Shown: piece after piece, positions 50,590 to 63,736 of the stretch
How positions within the stretch are numbered: the first letter of the stretch is position 1
Layout: each line of letters opens with the position of its first letter
Assembly: GCA_026770705.1 (NCBI GenBank)
Contig: JANJGN010000007.1
Coordinates: forward strand, 109,926,001-109,990,000
DNA length: 64,000 nucleotides
Origin: Isurus oxyrinchus
Lineage: Eukaryota
Reading direction: 5' to 3'
The notes under the pieces: generated by a model
Seen by the model: the letters and a program-made list of their open reading frames with translations, nothing else
Databases searched by the model: none
What the model was told of the DNA's origin: nothing
Position numbers and translations under genes: made by a program

Positions 50590-51830
50590 GAAATGTGTTG
50601 AAAGAGAGACATGTTCTCTAAATTTTTCATCTTGTCCTCATCAGGACAAATGCAAGAATTCAGAAATTCAAATGATCGAGAAGAGGGGTGCTGATCGGTT
50701 AACAAGTTGGCTCTCATTGGCCGAGACATTGACATGGAGAAAGCAACAGGGAACATAAGAGCATAAGAAATAGAAGCATCAGTAGGTCATTCAGCTCTTC
50801 AAGCCCATTCCAACATTCAATGATATCATGGCTGATCTTCTACTTCACCATTTCCGTCACCATCCCTGTACCCGTTGATGCTTTTCATATGCAGAAATCT
50901 ATTGATCTCGCCCTTGAACATACTCAACGAGAGATACTCCACAGCCCACTGGAGCAGAGAATTCCAAAGACTCGCTACCCTCTGAATGAAGAACTATACG
51001 CTCTCCATGTTTCCGGTTGATTCAAAAAGGGAGCATGGCTTGAACATATTCCTTTTGTTTGCAGCGAACGAGTCTGTGCGTATGAATGTATTTCACTTCT
51101 AGCAAGTGTAAATGAACTATGTCACAGGCTCACCTGCTTATTGTGTCACTATTAGCGGGCTCAGGATTGTTCAGCAAGTGTTGCCCAGTTGCAGAATTAC
51201 TTCTAACAGAAGTTGTTTTGTTTTGGGCTTTGGGAGTGTGAGCTGGTTGAGTATAGCCTGCACTCTATTATGAACAGCTGGAAGAGCATGTTTGATTTGA
51301 TCAGTCAATCACTGGAACGTACAACCTACTTACTTGGCATCAGAACAACACTTAAATTCATAGATGATATTATTCAATTGTGTGGTAGGCAGAATGTCTG
51401 TTTGGACTGATAGCAGCACCTATTAGTGGAAAATACTGCTCACAAAGCCGCTGCAGAGCAGCAGCATGTAATAGCTTGTCTAAATGGCTGTTCAAATTTT
51501 TGAGATACTTTGCTTTTCCAGGGTAATTTGAGGTAGACCAGGCACTTTTCGGGTCCAAAAGTGGCGACCAATGGCCCATTTGTGAGTTTGCGCAATACAC
51601 AGTAAACAATGATCCGATCAGGATAGCCGTTGTCCTGCAGGATAGCTTTAATGTGCACTATTTCGATGTCATGGTGAGCAAAAAGCTAGGGCCCTATTTA
51701 CAAGATTGCTGATAAGGCCAATCCTATGCCATGTGGAGCTATATAAATCCCCTATGTTAACCAGTGAACATAGGCTTCTGATAGTAACGGAGAAACCATT
51801 AGAGGATTTGTCAACTAGCATGTGGGGGAA
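50590..51830 (-). mobile_element. Penelope-like element (second family), minus-strand 3' part, with a CR1 tail inserted at ~50753-50995
   Basis: IKAILQDNGYPDRII, FGPEKCLVYLKLPW, ISNLVNRAL; CTGATGAG..GAAA motif at ~50620-50646. Confidence 0.75.
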
Positions 51831-51869
51831 AGGGAGAGCGTCGACGAGAGGGATTCTTGTGATGAATAC

Positions 51870-53520
51870 GGTAGGATCCTTATGCCTCACTACTTCTACA
51901 CATGTTTAGGCTGCCTAAGGTGCACAAAGATGATGCCCCATTACGCCATATTTCATCTATGACTGATTCTGTGCAGCTTGAATGGGCCAATTGGTTGAAT
52001 AAATTAGTACATCCAGTTCTTAACGAGTTTTCCGCGTACATAGTGAAGGATTACTTCACTTTTGCTAAGACTATACGCAACCTACATATTAATACGATGC
52101 CTTTCTCTGCTCATTCAACACAGTTAGCTTACTTGCAAATGCGTCGCTGAAGGAAGACATCGACATTTATGCTGCGTCACTATATCATGGCAATCTAGAT
52201 GCGCCACCATTTTCAGAATCTGTATTCATTCAAAGTATAAACTTAGCAACTCGTGCAGTCAAGTTCGGTTTTAATGACACCATATATGCCCAAATAGAGG
52301 ATTTAGCCATGGAATCCGCTCTCGGTCCACCACCTGCTAACATTTTTGTCGACTTCCAAAAGAAATGCTTTATTGATGGGATGAATCCTAACCTCCCACC
52401 CGGTGCATATTTCCAATATTAGATGAAGTGTTCCCTATCTTTGAATCTGCAGCCATATATAATAATTTCCGTTGACACCTTAATGTGCTCCATCCCACAC
52501 TTTAATTCGCTTTTGAGATGCAGCAATCTAACGTGCTCCCTTTCCTCCACACTCTAGTTGAGAAATCCATGAATGGTTTCTCCAATACTGTCTACGCAAG
52601 GCTACCTTTGCCAACTAATCTACAAATTGGGATTTGTGTAGCTCCTCACATTTTAAGAATGGCATTATCAGCAATATTACAAACTGGGACCTGGCCAGTA
52701 GTAGAGCGCATCAACAGAAGGATAATGGCTGTCCGGATCAGATTTTGATCACGGTATATCATGCAAATGGGCCAATGGTCACACTTTTGGACTGAAAAGT
52801 GCCCAGTATACCTCAACTTAACCTGGGATGGAAAAGTATCTCAAAATTTGAACAGGTTTAGCAAGCTATATTGCCTGTAACAATGCAGTGCTGAAGCTAG
52901 TGGTATTCTCCACTAATCGGATGCTGCTGTAATTCCAAACAGGCATTCTGCCCACCGTACAATCGAGTGATGTCATGTATGAATTTCAGCTCTGGTGTGT
53001 TGCCAGGTATGTAGGTCGTACATCCCAAAGATTGGCTGATCGAATCAAGCCACATGTTCCTCCAGCTGTTCTTAACAAACAGAGTACAGTCCACGCTTGC
53101 AAAATGCACAGAAAACATCTACTGTTAGATTTGATTGGACAGCACTTGCTGAACAATAGAAAGTGCGCTAAAAGCTACAAAGCAAACAATATTGGTTAAT
53201 GAGTCCAGGTAGTAACGTGGCTCATTTAACGTGCTAGAAGCAACCTACATTCAAACGCATCCACCTGATCTCGGCAAACAAAAGAAATATGCCTTGCACA
53301 TTTTTTGAATTACCTGGAAGCATAGAGAACCTATACTTCCCCATTCATTCCATCATGGCAGTATATCAGCCAAACAGAGCTGACATATCAACCAATCAGT
53401 AACTCTTTTCTCCTGTGGTATGAATTGCTCTGATCCATTGAAATATAGCATTCTTGCGTTTGACCTGATGAGAGCAAGACAAAAAGCTTCGACAACATGT
53501 CTCTCTTTTTACCAATATCA
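51870..53520 (+). mobile_element. Penelope-like element (second family), RT and GIY-YIG, inverted relative to the adjacent copy
   Basis: LPKVHKDDAPLRHI, AMESALGP, LPFLHTLVEK, RYVGRTSQRLADRIK. Confidence 0.8.
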
Positions 53521-53699
53521 ATATTTCTGATCTCATCCTTTACGGGGTGAACTGCCCAGCCTTTTAGTTATGGCAGCTACAGTTAAAATGGTGATAGTTG
53601 TTTTGCTCATCAAGACTATTGAAAAAATATGCATCGCATATGGAGGGTGAAAAAACATAATTTGAAAAGGAGGAAAAATGTCTTTTCAAAGTTTGGGAA

Positions 53700-56600
53700 T
53701 GCAATAGTATGGGGGATTCAGTTGTAAAGTGATTAGATAGTCATTTCTGTGGCCGCAAATGAGATTCCAGCATGGTTTGTGGCCTCCCTGGTGCTAGGGT
53801 CAAGGATATCTCAGAGTGGCTACAGGACATTCTGAAGGTGAACAGCCAGTGGTCGTGGTACACATTGGTAGAAACGACATAGGTAAAAAAAGGGATGAGG
53901 TCCTAAAAGCAGAATATAGGGTGCTAGGGAGTAAGGTGAAAAGTAGGACCTCAAAAGTAGTGATCTCAGGATTACTATCAATGGCACATGCTAGTCGGAG
54001 TAGAAATAGCAGGATATATCAGCTGAATGCATGGCTAAAGAGATGGTGTGAGGGGGAGGGTTGCAGATTCCTGGGATATTGGTACTAGTTCCAGGGGAGG
54101 TGGGCCCAGTGCAAACTGGACGGGTTACATCTGGGCAGGACTGGAGCTGATGTCTTAGGGGAAATATTTGCTAGAGTGGTTGGGGAGGGTTTAAATTATA
54201 ATGGCAGGGGGTTGGGAACCAATGCAAGGAGTCAAAGGAAGAGGAATCAAGGACAAGAACAAAAGACAGAAAGGAAAATCAGAAAAGTGATAGGCAGAGA
54301 AATCAAGGGCAAGAATCAAACAGGGCCTCAGTGAAATACAGTGGGAATGGGACAACGAATGTTAAAAAGACAAGCCTTAAGGCAATGTGCATAAATGCGA
54401 GGAGCATTCACAATAAAGTGGATGAATTAACCATGCAAATAAATGTAAACATGTATGAAATAGTCGGGATTGCAGAGACATGGCTGCAAGGTGACCAGGG
54501 ATGGGAACTGAACATCCAGTGGTATCCAGTATTTAGGAAGGACAGACAAGAAGGAAAAGGCAGTGGAGTTGCATTGCTGGTTAAAGAGGAAATTAACACA
54601 ATAGTGAGGAAAGATGTTGGCTCTGACGATGTGGAATCTGCATGGGTAGAGCTGAGAAATACTAAGGGGCAAAAAAACATTTCTGGGGGTTGTATATAGA
54701 CCCCTAAACTGTAATAGTGATGTTGGGAATAGCATTAAACAGGAAATTAGAGACGCATGCAATAAAGGAACATCTGTAATTATGGGTGACTTTAATATGC
54801 ATATAGATTGGGAAAATCAAATTAGTAACAATACTGTAGAGGAGGGATTCCTGGCGTGTATATGGGATGTTTCTCTGGACTAATATGTTAAGGGATCAAC
54901 AAGAGAACAGGCCATCCTAAACTGGGTATTGTGTAATGAGAAAGGAATAATTGGCAATCTAGTTGTGCGAGGCCCCTTGAGGATGAGCAACCATAATATG
55001 ATAGAATTCTTCATCAAGATGGAGAGTGCTATAGTTGATTCTTGGACTAGGGTCCTGAATCTTAATAAAGGAAACTACGATGGTATAAGGCGTGAGTTGG
55101 CTATGATGGGAAACATTACTTAAAGGGATGACGGTGGCTAGGCAATGACAAACATTCAAAGAACGCGTGGATGAACTGCAACAATTGTTTATTCCTGTCT
55201 GGTGCAAAAGTAAAGCAGGAGACGTGGCCAAACCATGGCTTACAAGGGAAATTAGAGATAGTATTAGATAGAAGGAAGAGGCATACAAATTGGCCAGAAA
55301 AAGCAACAGCCCTGAGGATTGGGGGGAGTTTAGAATTCAGCAAAGGAGGACCGAGGGATTGATTAAGAAGGGGAAAATAGAGTACAAGAGTAAGCTTGCG
55401 GGAAACATAAAATCTGACTGTAAAAGATTATTTAGGTATGCAAAGAGAAAAAGATTGGTCAAGGCAAATGTTTGTCCCTTACATTCAGAAAGGGGAATTT
55501 ATAATGGGGAGCAAAGAAATGGCTGGGGAACACAGGGTTTAGTGAGAGGGCGGAACTGAAAGAAATCAGTATTAGTAGGGAAATGGTGTTTGGAAAATTG
55601 ATGAGAGTGAAGGCCAATAAATCCCCAGGGCCTGATAACATACATCCCAGAGTACTTATGGAAGTGGTCCTTGAAGTAGTGGATACATTGGTGGTCATTG
55701 TCTGAGATTCTATAGACTCTCGAACTGTTCCTACAGATTGGAGGGTAGCTAATGTAATCGCACTATTTAAAAGGGGAGGTAGAGAGAAAATAGGGAATTA
55801 TAGACCAGTCAGCTTGACATCAGTATGGGGGAAATTCTAGAGTCCATTATAAAAGATTTAGTAGCTGAGCACGTGGAAATCAGTGGCAGAATCGGACAGA
55901 GCCAGCATGGACTTATGAAAAGGAAATCATGCTTGACAAATCTACTGGAATTTTTCGGGGATGTAACTAGTAGATTTGATGAGGGAGGTCCAGTTGATGT
56001 GGTTTATTTTGACTTTCAGAAGCCTTTCGACAAAGTCCCATATAAGAGATTGGTGTGTAAAATTAAAGCTCATGGGAATGAGGGTACTGTTTGAGATGGA
56101 TAGAAAACTGGTTGTCAGACAGGAAACAAAAAGTAGGTATAAATGGTTCTTTTTCCGAATGGCAGGCAATGACTAGTGAGGGAATGCAGGGATCAGTGCT
56201 GTGACCCCAGTTATTCACAATATACATTAATGATTTAGATGAGGAAACTAAATGTAATGTCTATGAATTTGCAGATGACACAATGCTGGGTGGGAGGGGG
56301 AGCTGTGAGGAGGATGCAGAGATGCTTCTGTGTGATTTGTACAATCTGAGTGAGTGGGCAAATCCATGGCAGATGCAGTATAATGTGGATAAATGCGAGG
56401 TTATCCACTTAGGTGGCAAAAACAGGAAAGCAAATTATTATATGAATGGCTATAAATTGAGAGAGGGGAATGTGCAACAAGACCTGGGTGTTCTTGTACA
56501 CCAGTCGCTGAAGGGAAGTATACAGGTGCAGTATGTGGTAAAGAAGGCAAATGGTATGTTGGCCTTCATAGCCAGAGGGTTCGAGCACAGGAACAGGGAT

Positions 56601-57190
56601 GTCTTGCTGCAATTGGACAGGGCCTTGGTGAGACCACGCCTGGAATATTGTGTGCAGGTTTGGTCTCCTTGTCTGAGGAACAATGTACTTGATATAGGGG
56701 GAGTGCAGTGAAGGTTTACCAGACTGATTCCTAGGATGGCGGGACTGACATATGAGGAGAGATTGAGTCAGTTAGGATTATATTCACTTGAGTTCAGAAG
56801 AATGAGAGGGGGTCTCATAAAGCGTATAAAATGCTAACAGGTCTAGACAAGGTAGATGCAGGAAGGATGTTCCCGATAGTAGGGGAGTCCAGAACCAGGG
56901 GTCACAGTCTGAGGATACGGGGTAGACCATTTAGAATGGAGATGAGGAGAAATTTCTTCACCAGAGAGTGGTGAGCCTGTGGAATTCGTTACCACAGAAA
57001 GTAGTTGAGGCCAAAACATTGTACGTTTTCAAGAGGGAGTTAGATATAGCTCTTGGGGCAAAAGGGACCAAAGGATATGGGGAGAAAGCGGGAGCAGGCT
57101 ATTGAGTTGGGTGATCAGGCGTGATCATAATGAATGGCAGAGCAGGTTCGAAGGGCCGAATAGCCTACTCCTGCTTCTATGTTTCTATGA
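53700..57190 (+). mobile_element. Long CR1 LINE (ORF1 esterase part and whole ORF2), decayed
   Basis: VVVVHIGRNDIGKK, INARSIHNK, IAETWLQ, QSQHGLMKRKSCLTNLLEFF, FADDT, tail ttctatgtttctatg. Confidence 0.92.
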
Positions 57191-58659
57191 CTTCGGACCT
57201 CCCAGAGCGTTTCAGCCAATGGAGTGCTTTTCAAAATGCAGTCACTGTTGTAGAAAACAGACAATAGCTTGTGGACATCAGAGTCCCACAAACAACACTG
57301 CGATATTTACCAGATAATAATTTTGAAGCGATATTAGAAAAGAGATAACTATTGTGCAGGAGGAGAACTCTGTTGTTCTTCCAATTGTCTGGTGGATCAT
57401 TTACCTCCAGTTCTGAGGATTGAGGGAGCTTGTTTTAATGTCTCATCCAAGATGGAGCACTATCGGCCGTGAAGTTGTCCTTTAGTACTGCATTAGAGTA
57501 TCAGCCTAGAATTTGATTTGAAGTCACTGGAGTAGGAAAAGAGCCACAGCCTTCTTAACCACAGGGAGAGTGCTACACCGAGATCAGGCTGACACGTTTG
57601 TGTTACCATCATTAGTTAAGTCTAAATGATTTGCAGCCAAAGCTGCAAACTCTCTCTAATAGAGTCATTATGCTTATACCAAGCTGAATACAATGCACCA
57701 GCATCAGAGATCGATGCTGCTGTTCTCCCTGTTCTGAGGTGATGCCGATGAGTCAGGATCCGAGCTGGAACAGTCCTGGCGTCATCTGACACAATCATTT
57801 GTGCAAACATTTCAAAACAATTCATGAATAGGCATTGAAAATATCTATGAATAAAATAAATACTTATCATTCTAACTGGATTGGCCTTTCACTTATAGGA
57901 AATGCTCAGAACCTTCAAATGAAAGAAATGGCGAAATAAGGAAAAATATTTTCTTACATGCAGAAATGTTTTGTTTATACTAATCGTATTGCTCAATAGT
58001 GTAAAAACAAAAGTTACTGAACTAATATGCACACAACCATACCCTGTATGATTTCGTTGTTATCTTACAAGTGCGCCTTCACTCCAAAGCAGGGGTTTCC
58101 TCCAAATTCCCAAGTAGCAAAACGGCCACCTGCAGAATCCATAAAGCATTCAAAATACCCTCGGACCTCGGAACCCTTTCTAGTTTACCTTCCAAACATA
58201 GTTTGCCATTAATACGCTAAAGGCGAAGCACACTGAAAAATACCTGTCTGATTCTCTCTGTGTCAGTCTCCCTTCTGTGTTTCAACCAACAGTAAAATGG
58301 CTCCCGGCTGATGGAAGTACGAACCATGGTGGATGAATTCTGCGCACAATCTGTATAAGATTACATTGGCTATATGGCACAGAAACGTTCAATCCAAACA
58401 GTTTATGCCAGCGTTTATGCCCCACTCAAGCCTCCCCCCATTTCTCATCTAAATGTATAATTGTAACCAATATTGCCCTCTCCCTCAAATGCTCTTCTAG
58501 TTTCCCATTAGATTCATCCATGCAACAGTTATCCCTCGTTGTGCACACCTAATGTTTTCTTAAATAACAGCATGCTAAACAAAAATGTGCTAAACAAAAA
58601 TCACTTTTCCATGAGAAAAAATATCAGGTGTCTTACCATTCTGACCTGTCATTTTTACA

Positions 58660-59620
58660 TTTTTTTATTCATTCATGGGTTGTGGGCTTCGCTGGCTGGG
58701 CCAGCATTTATTGCCCATCACTAGTTGCCCTTGAGACGGTGGTGGTGAGCTGCCTTGTTGAACTGCAGCAATCCATGTGGTGTAGATAAACCCACAGTGT
58801 TGTTAGGGAGGGAGTTCCAGGATCTTGACCAAGTGACAGTGAAGGAACAGCAATATATTTCCAAGTTGAGATGGTGGATAACTTGGAGGGGAATTTCCAA
58901 GTGGTTGTGTCCCCATGTATCTGCTGCCTTTGTCCTTCTAGGTGGTAGTGGTCGTGTGTATGGAAGGTGCTGTCTCAGGAGCTTTGGTGAATCCCTGCAG
59001 TGCATCTTCTCGATGGTATACACTGCTGCTGCAGTGTGTCGGTGGTGGAGGGAGTGAATGTTTGTGGATGGGGTGCAATCAAGAGGGCTGCTTTGACCTG
59101 GATGGTGTCAAGCTTCTTGAGTGTTGTGGGAGCTACTCTCATCCAGGCAAGTGGAGAGTATTCCATCGCACTCCTGACTTGTGCCTTGTAGATGGTGTTC
59201 AGGCTTTGGGGAGTGAGCAGGTGGCTTATTCGTCACAGGATTCATAGCCTCTGACCTGCTCTAGTACCTATGTCTAGTTCAGTTCAGTTTCTGATCAATG
59301 GTAATCCTCAGGATGTTGACAGTGGGAGAATCTGTGTCAGTAATGCTGTTGAACATCAACAGGTGATGGTTAGATTCTCTCTTGTTGGAGATGATCATTG
59401 CCTGACACTTGTGTGGTGTGAATATTACTTGCCACTTGTCAGCCAAAACCTGGACATTGTCCAGGTTTTGCGGCATTTGGACATTAACTGCTTCAATATC
59501 TGAGGAGTCACGAATGGTGCTGAACATTGTGCAATCAAGAGCGAACATCCCCACTTCTGACCTTATGATGGAAGGAAGGTCATTGGTGAAGCAGCTGAAT
59601 TTAGTGAGCCGAGGCCACTA
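58660..59620 (-). mobile_element. HER1-like LINE 3' fragment
   Basis: MEYSPLAWMRVAPTTLKKLDTIQ, ADKWQVIFTPHKCQAM; gggcaataaatgctggcccagccagcgaagccc tail. Confidence 0.8.
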
Positions 59621-60902
59621 CCATGAGGAACCTATGAGCTGCCTTGAACCCTAACTGGCCCGAAGATCCTCCTAATAACACTATTAATAACGTTAGTAAA
59701 TTGTTCATTCTTAATAACTTATGAATCCTCTTTATTTCCTGCTCACACCTTCCCGACTCTCCTGCTTGCCATCTTTCTTGCTTTTCCTGCTCTCCGCTTC
59801 CCCCCGCCGCTCCCACTCACAGCTTCTCTCTCCCAGCCATCCGTAAACAGCGGGAGTGTAAAAGAATCCTGAGGGTTATTGCTGGCGACTCGAAAGAAAC
59901 GGTGCTTGTACCGTTCGTGTTAATGCAGGCCTAGTAACCTGGCTGCTTACAGTCAATTCACGTTATCCGGGCACTGCTATTTACCCACCTGTACCGAAAC
60001 GCCGCTTCATTGCAGGTTTTGAGGATAGCGACAGCGGGACCAGCTAATATCAACTGGAAATTTCGTGCGTCCTGAGACAGCAACTGGGAAAGAGAAACAT
60101 ACCGTAGAAACGCCACATAAGTAGCTTTTATTTAAACATTACTCACCATTAAATCTCTTCTTGGGAGTTTTTTTTTTCATTGATTTATCAATTACATTAC
60201 TGATCTCACTATACGACAAAGAGATACATTTTATTTTGGGGTTAGCAATAATAAGCTCAACTAATGTAAACACTTTAACATTTGCAGCTCGTCGCGTGTC
60301 ACGCAACAAATTTAAGGTATAAATTGTTGGGTTACAGACCAGGCATTATTCCACTGAATGGCAAAACCTACTGGGAGAGCCCAAAGAGTCCTTTGACCTT
60401 AAGCATTACATGAGAGATGACACATGGTGGAATCTTCAAGAATACATCAAAATAGATTTGCCGACCCTCCTGTGACTCATGACTCTTCCTACGGATGCCG
60501 AGGCCTCATTAATGTACTTCCAATATTTGACATTTAATTTCATTCCCAACATTCATAATTTTATTTTCATTAATCCAAATCTTTTGTTGATGTGATATCA
60601 GTGATCTCTCGCGTATACTTATCCCCTTTACTGGTTATTAACTCACTGCAAGTGTTTCTACTGGAAAATGTCATGCACCTTTTTCTTCCCGCTCAGAATT
60701 TCAGTAGCAGTCACGAGATCACAAACAACTGTGCAATTCAATCGGATCGGATCTGGAGCTGCACCCCTGTTCAAGTGATGACCATCAACAATTCTTTTTC
60801 GAGTTATCCATTATAAACCCCTGCGGAATAACAGATTTGTAACTCTTTCAGAGTCACAAACAATTAAACTAAATTAACTAAATGAGGGATAAATAACAGG
60901 TT

Positions 60903-60995
60903 TGTAACTCTTTCGAGTACAAACCCGTTTCTATCTGTTTCAGATGAAGTTACATTGTTTCATAGTTTTGCTATTGTGAGATTTGAACTCTTGAT
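60903..60995 (-). mobile_element. 5'-truncated tRNA-Thr-derived SINE (copy A)
   Basis: Matches the 3' ~93 bp of copies B and C. Confidence 0.75.
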
Positions 60996-61240
60996 AATCT
61001 TTTAAATGAAAACCAAATCAACAAAATCGGGATAAATCAGGCACAGCCCCTAATTCAGGTCAGCTGTAAAACCAAGAACAAAGTTTAAAGGAAACTTACA
61101 AACTTTAAATCAAAATGTGATTAAAGGGGTCAACAAAACACCCCAGTCCCCGCGGTGCCCACGGAAGGCCTCGAGAGTGCCAGCAGACACCGCGTGCTCC
61201 CTCTCGAGGGACATCCGGCAGCGAATGTAGCCGCGGATAA
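60996..61240 (-). mobile_element. Tx1-clade LINE 3' end
   Basis: Minus translation RGYIRCRMSLEREHAVSAGTLEAFR / APRGLGCFVDPFNHILI* resembles the Tx1 ORF2 C-terminus; followed by a T-rich UTR. Confidence 0.6.
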
Positions 61241-61262
61241 TGATCCGGGGTGACATCGGTCT

Positions 61263-61409
61263 TGTAACTCTTTCGAGTACAAACCTGTTTCCATCTGTTC
61301 CTATTCAGATGAAGTGACATTGTTTCATAGTTTGCCATTGTGAGATTTAAACTCTTGATTTTGGGGTTACAAACCCAGTACCATAACCACTTGGCTATTT
61401 AGGCCAAGC
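61263..61409 (-). mobile_element. tRNA-Thr(UGU)-derived short SINE (copy B)
   Basis: Minus: GCTTGGCCTAAATAGCCAAGTGGTTATGGTACTGGGTTTGTAACCCCAAAATCAAGAGTTTAAATCTCAC...; A box, TTTGTAA anticodon loop, B-box-like; 3' end CGAAAGAGTTACA. Confidence 0.75.
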
Positions 61410-61420
61410 CATAGCAGGTT

Positions 61421-61562
61421 TGTAACTCTTTCGAGTACAAACCCGTTTCCATCTGTTTCAGATGAAGTTACATTGTTTCATAGTTTGCCATTGTGAGATT
61501 TGAACTCTTAATCTTGGGGTTACAAACCCAGTACCATAACCACTTGGCTATTCAGGCCAAGC
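61421..61562 (-). mobile_element. tRNA-Thr(UGU)-derived short SINE (copy C)
   Basis: Tandem with copy B; GAGTTCAAATC B box; flanked by ATA(G/A)CAGGTTTGTA. Confidence 0.75.
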
Positions 61563-62019
61563 CATAACAGGTTTGTATATAGGCTCAAAGCGCTGGCCAA
61601 TTATTGGATTCAATAAGGGAGGACAGTTGAGGTGGACAACTATCCTTCACTAATCAAGCAGCTACCACAAGTTCGCTCCTTCAGAACAGGCCCGAGCAAG
61701 TGGGAATACTACACGTTCTATTTCCTCACACAAAGAGTGATTTTGCGTTGGCTGTTACCGAAAGACAGCGGCAAGCGCAGGTTAATTGCATAGCTAAGCG
61801 CCCCATGGCTCTAATTAGTTCAGATGTCAGCTCACTTATATTTGTGTTTACTAAACACCTGCCGCCTTTCCTACCCTTCCTAAAGATGGAACTGTGAGGA
61901 GGAACTGAGAGAATAGCTCACATTTTACTGATTGCAAAGAGAAAGGAGATTTCGGTGAAAGTAAAGACCTCGGGGCGTTCGCACAATTTTTGGTGGTGTT
62001 AGGACAAATGAGGAGGCTG

Positions 62020-62400
62020 TTAAAAACAGAGGGGATACTTCATTTTATTGATGAAGACACAGGGTACGGTAAGGAAATTATTTTAAACTTTTATAAAGCA
62101 CCAGTTCAGCCTCAGCTGGAATGCTTTCTTCAAATCTGAAGGATGTCAGGGACTTGGAGAGGGTGCAGAAAAGATTTGCTGAAGGTTCGCCTGGTTTAAG
62201 GGTCTTGGGTTATGTGGAGAGATTGGAGAAGCTACAGTTGTTCTCCTTAGAGTCGAGAATATTAAGAGGAGGCTTGATAGCGACTTTCAAAGTTATGAAC
62301 AGTATTGATTAAAGAAATTAGGAGAAACTGTTCCCAGTGACACAAGAGTCCTTAACCAGAAGATAGAGATTTAAGGTGATTGGTAAAAGAAACCGAGGCA
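62020..62400 (+). mobile_element. Old CR1 3' fragment
   Basis: KDVRDLERVQKRF...YVERLEKLQLFSLE; shorter paralog at 11650-11800. Confidence 0.7.
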
Positions 62401-63480
62401 TCTAACATTTGGCTGGAAGTTAGTTGCGTGTAGCCCCGTCCTGTTGTTGCCATCGGTTCGTACAGCTTAAATGGACGGCGGTGAGGAGCAGAAATCCTGA
62501 TTGATTTTTGCCTCCTGATTTAGATAAGCTAACTCGGCACACAGCGGATTTGGAAACAGGAACCTGCAACACGCTGAATGCAGTGAATAATCAGTCTTAC
62601 TTTCATTGATATCTCTTTTCTCTTTGCAACCAGCTTGCTTTAGTTAGTCCAAATGCAGGTTTCACCCAACACACCGCGAAAATTCCTTCCGAAGAATAAT
62701 TATATTCGACTGGAAATTTTACTTCGGTTTCTATCTCTATAGATACTGCTGGACCTGCTGATTTTTCCAGGACTTTCTGCCTTTATTTCAGATCGTCAGT
62801 ATCCCCAGTATTTTGCTTTTATTATTCGCGAATATTCCTTATTGCATTTCAGGCCTGCTGGACGAATAACTGTAACATTGAAAGGTGTAGATGTAGAACC
62901 AACATTTCATCTCTGGTATGGTGAAGGTAAAATTGTCCTCAACAGCTCTGGGATGAAAAAAGGACGATGAGCAGGATTATTAATCTAAATTGCTGTTGCA
63001 GTGAGCTGTAACTATTCCGATGAGTGGAGGCTGGTTGGGGTCTCGATCTAAATATATAAATAAGAACTAAGTATTGGCACATTCACATTGTCTATGCTCC
63101 TACATGAAGTCGGATGCCTTCGGTGAAGTGCTGGAGGACTGCCTGCGCCTGCGGCCTACATCTTTAGTTTCAGTATAGAGTGAAGTATCAAAGGTAGGTG
63201 TTGACAAAGGTGTTGATTGGAACGAAGTGCCCCGGGAGCGGCTGAGAAAACATTACCCTTCACGTGAAGGCTTTTCAATCAGCAGTTAAGGGGTGATCTT
63301 CAATTTCCTAGACTCCACCACGGTAGAATAAACAGACCCAATACGCTGCGTTAGTCATGTGATCTCCATATCGTGGTCATACGTTTCACATATTTACCTA
63401 TGAAATAAAGTTCTTACCCAAGCCACTGGTGATATCATTCTCACTGACAGCAATTTGGCAACTAACTTTTTATTTGCAAT

Positions 63481-63535
63481 ATGTCGATACAAGCTACAGT
63501 TCAGTACATGACTCTTCTGCGCATGGTTTGGCCAG
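63481..63535 (+). CDS. Type-A receptor copy 2, leader exon (MSIQATVQYMTLLRMVWP)
   Basis: Open 55-nt phase-1 exon, CCAG|GTACC donor; paralog of 12533-12587. Confidence 0.75.
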
Positions 63536-63736
63536 GTACCTTTGGTTTTTATATGCTACCGGTTTCAGAATAGCAAATCGTAATTAAATTATTCTACAAC
63601 TGTTACGCATTGTAAAATTGCATCCTGTTCCTCTCAAATTCGACTGTTGGCAATTCATAATGGATCTTATATTTTACATCTTTGCTTGTTTTTCTTTATC
63701 TATTGTATGCACTGTCTTCTTCATTTTTTTTGATAG

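Noticed and set aside
60903-61562. Repeat-spacer-like pattern (CRISPR) or genuine tRNA-Thr genes
   Set aside because: Eukaryotic context with ~145-bp units; acceptor and anticodon stems are imperfect, and a non-tRNA tail with target duplications indicates SINEs
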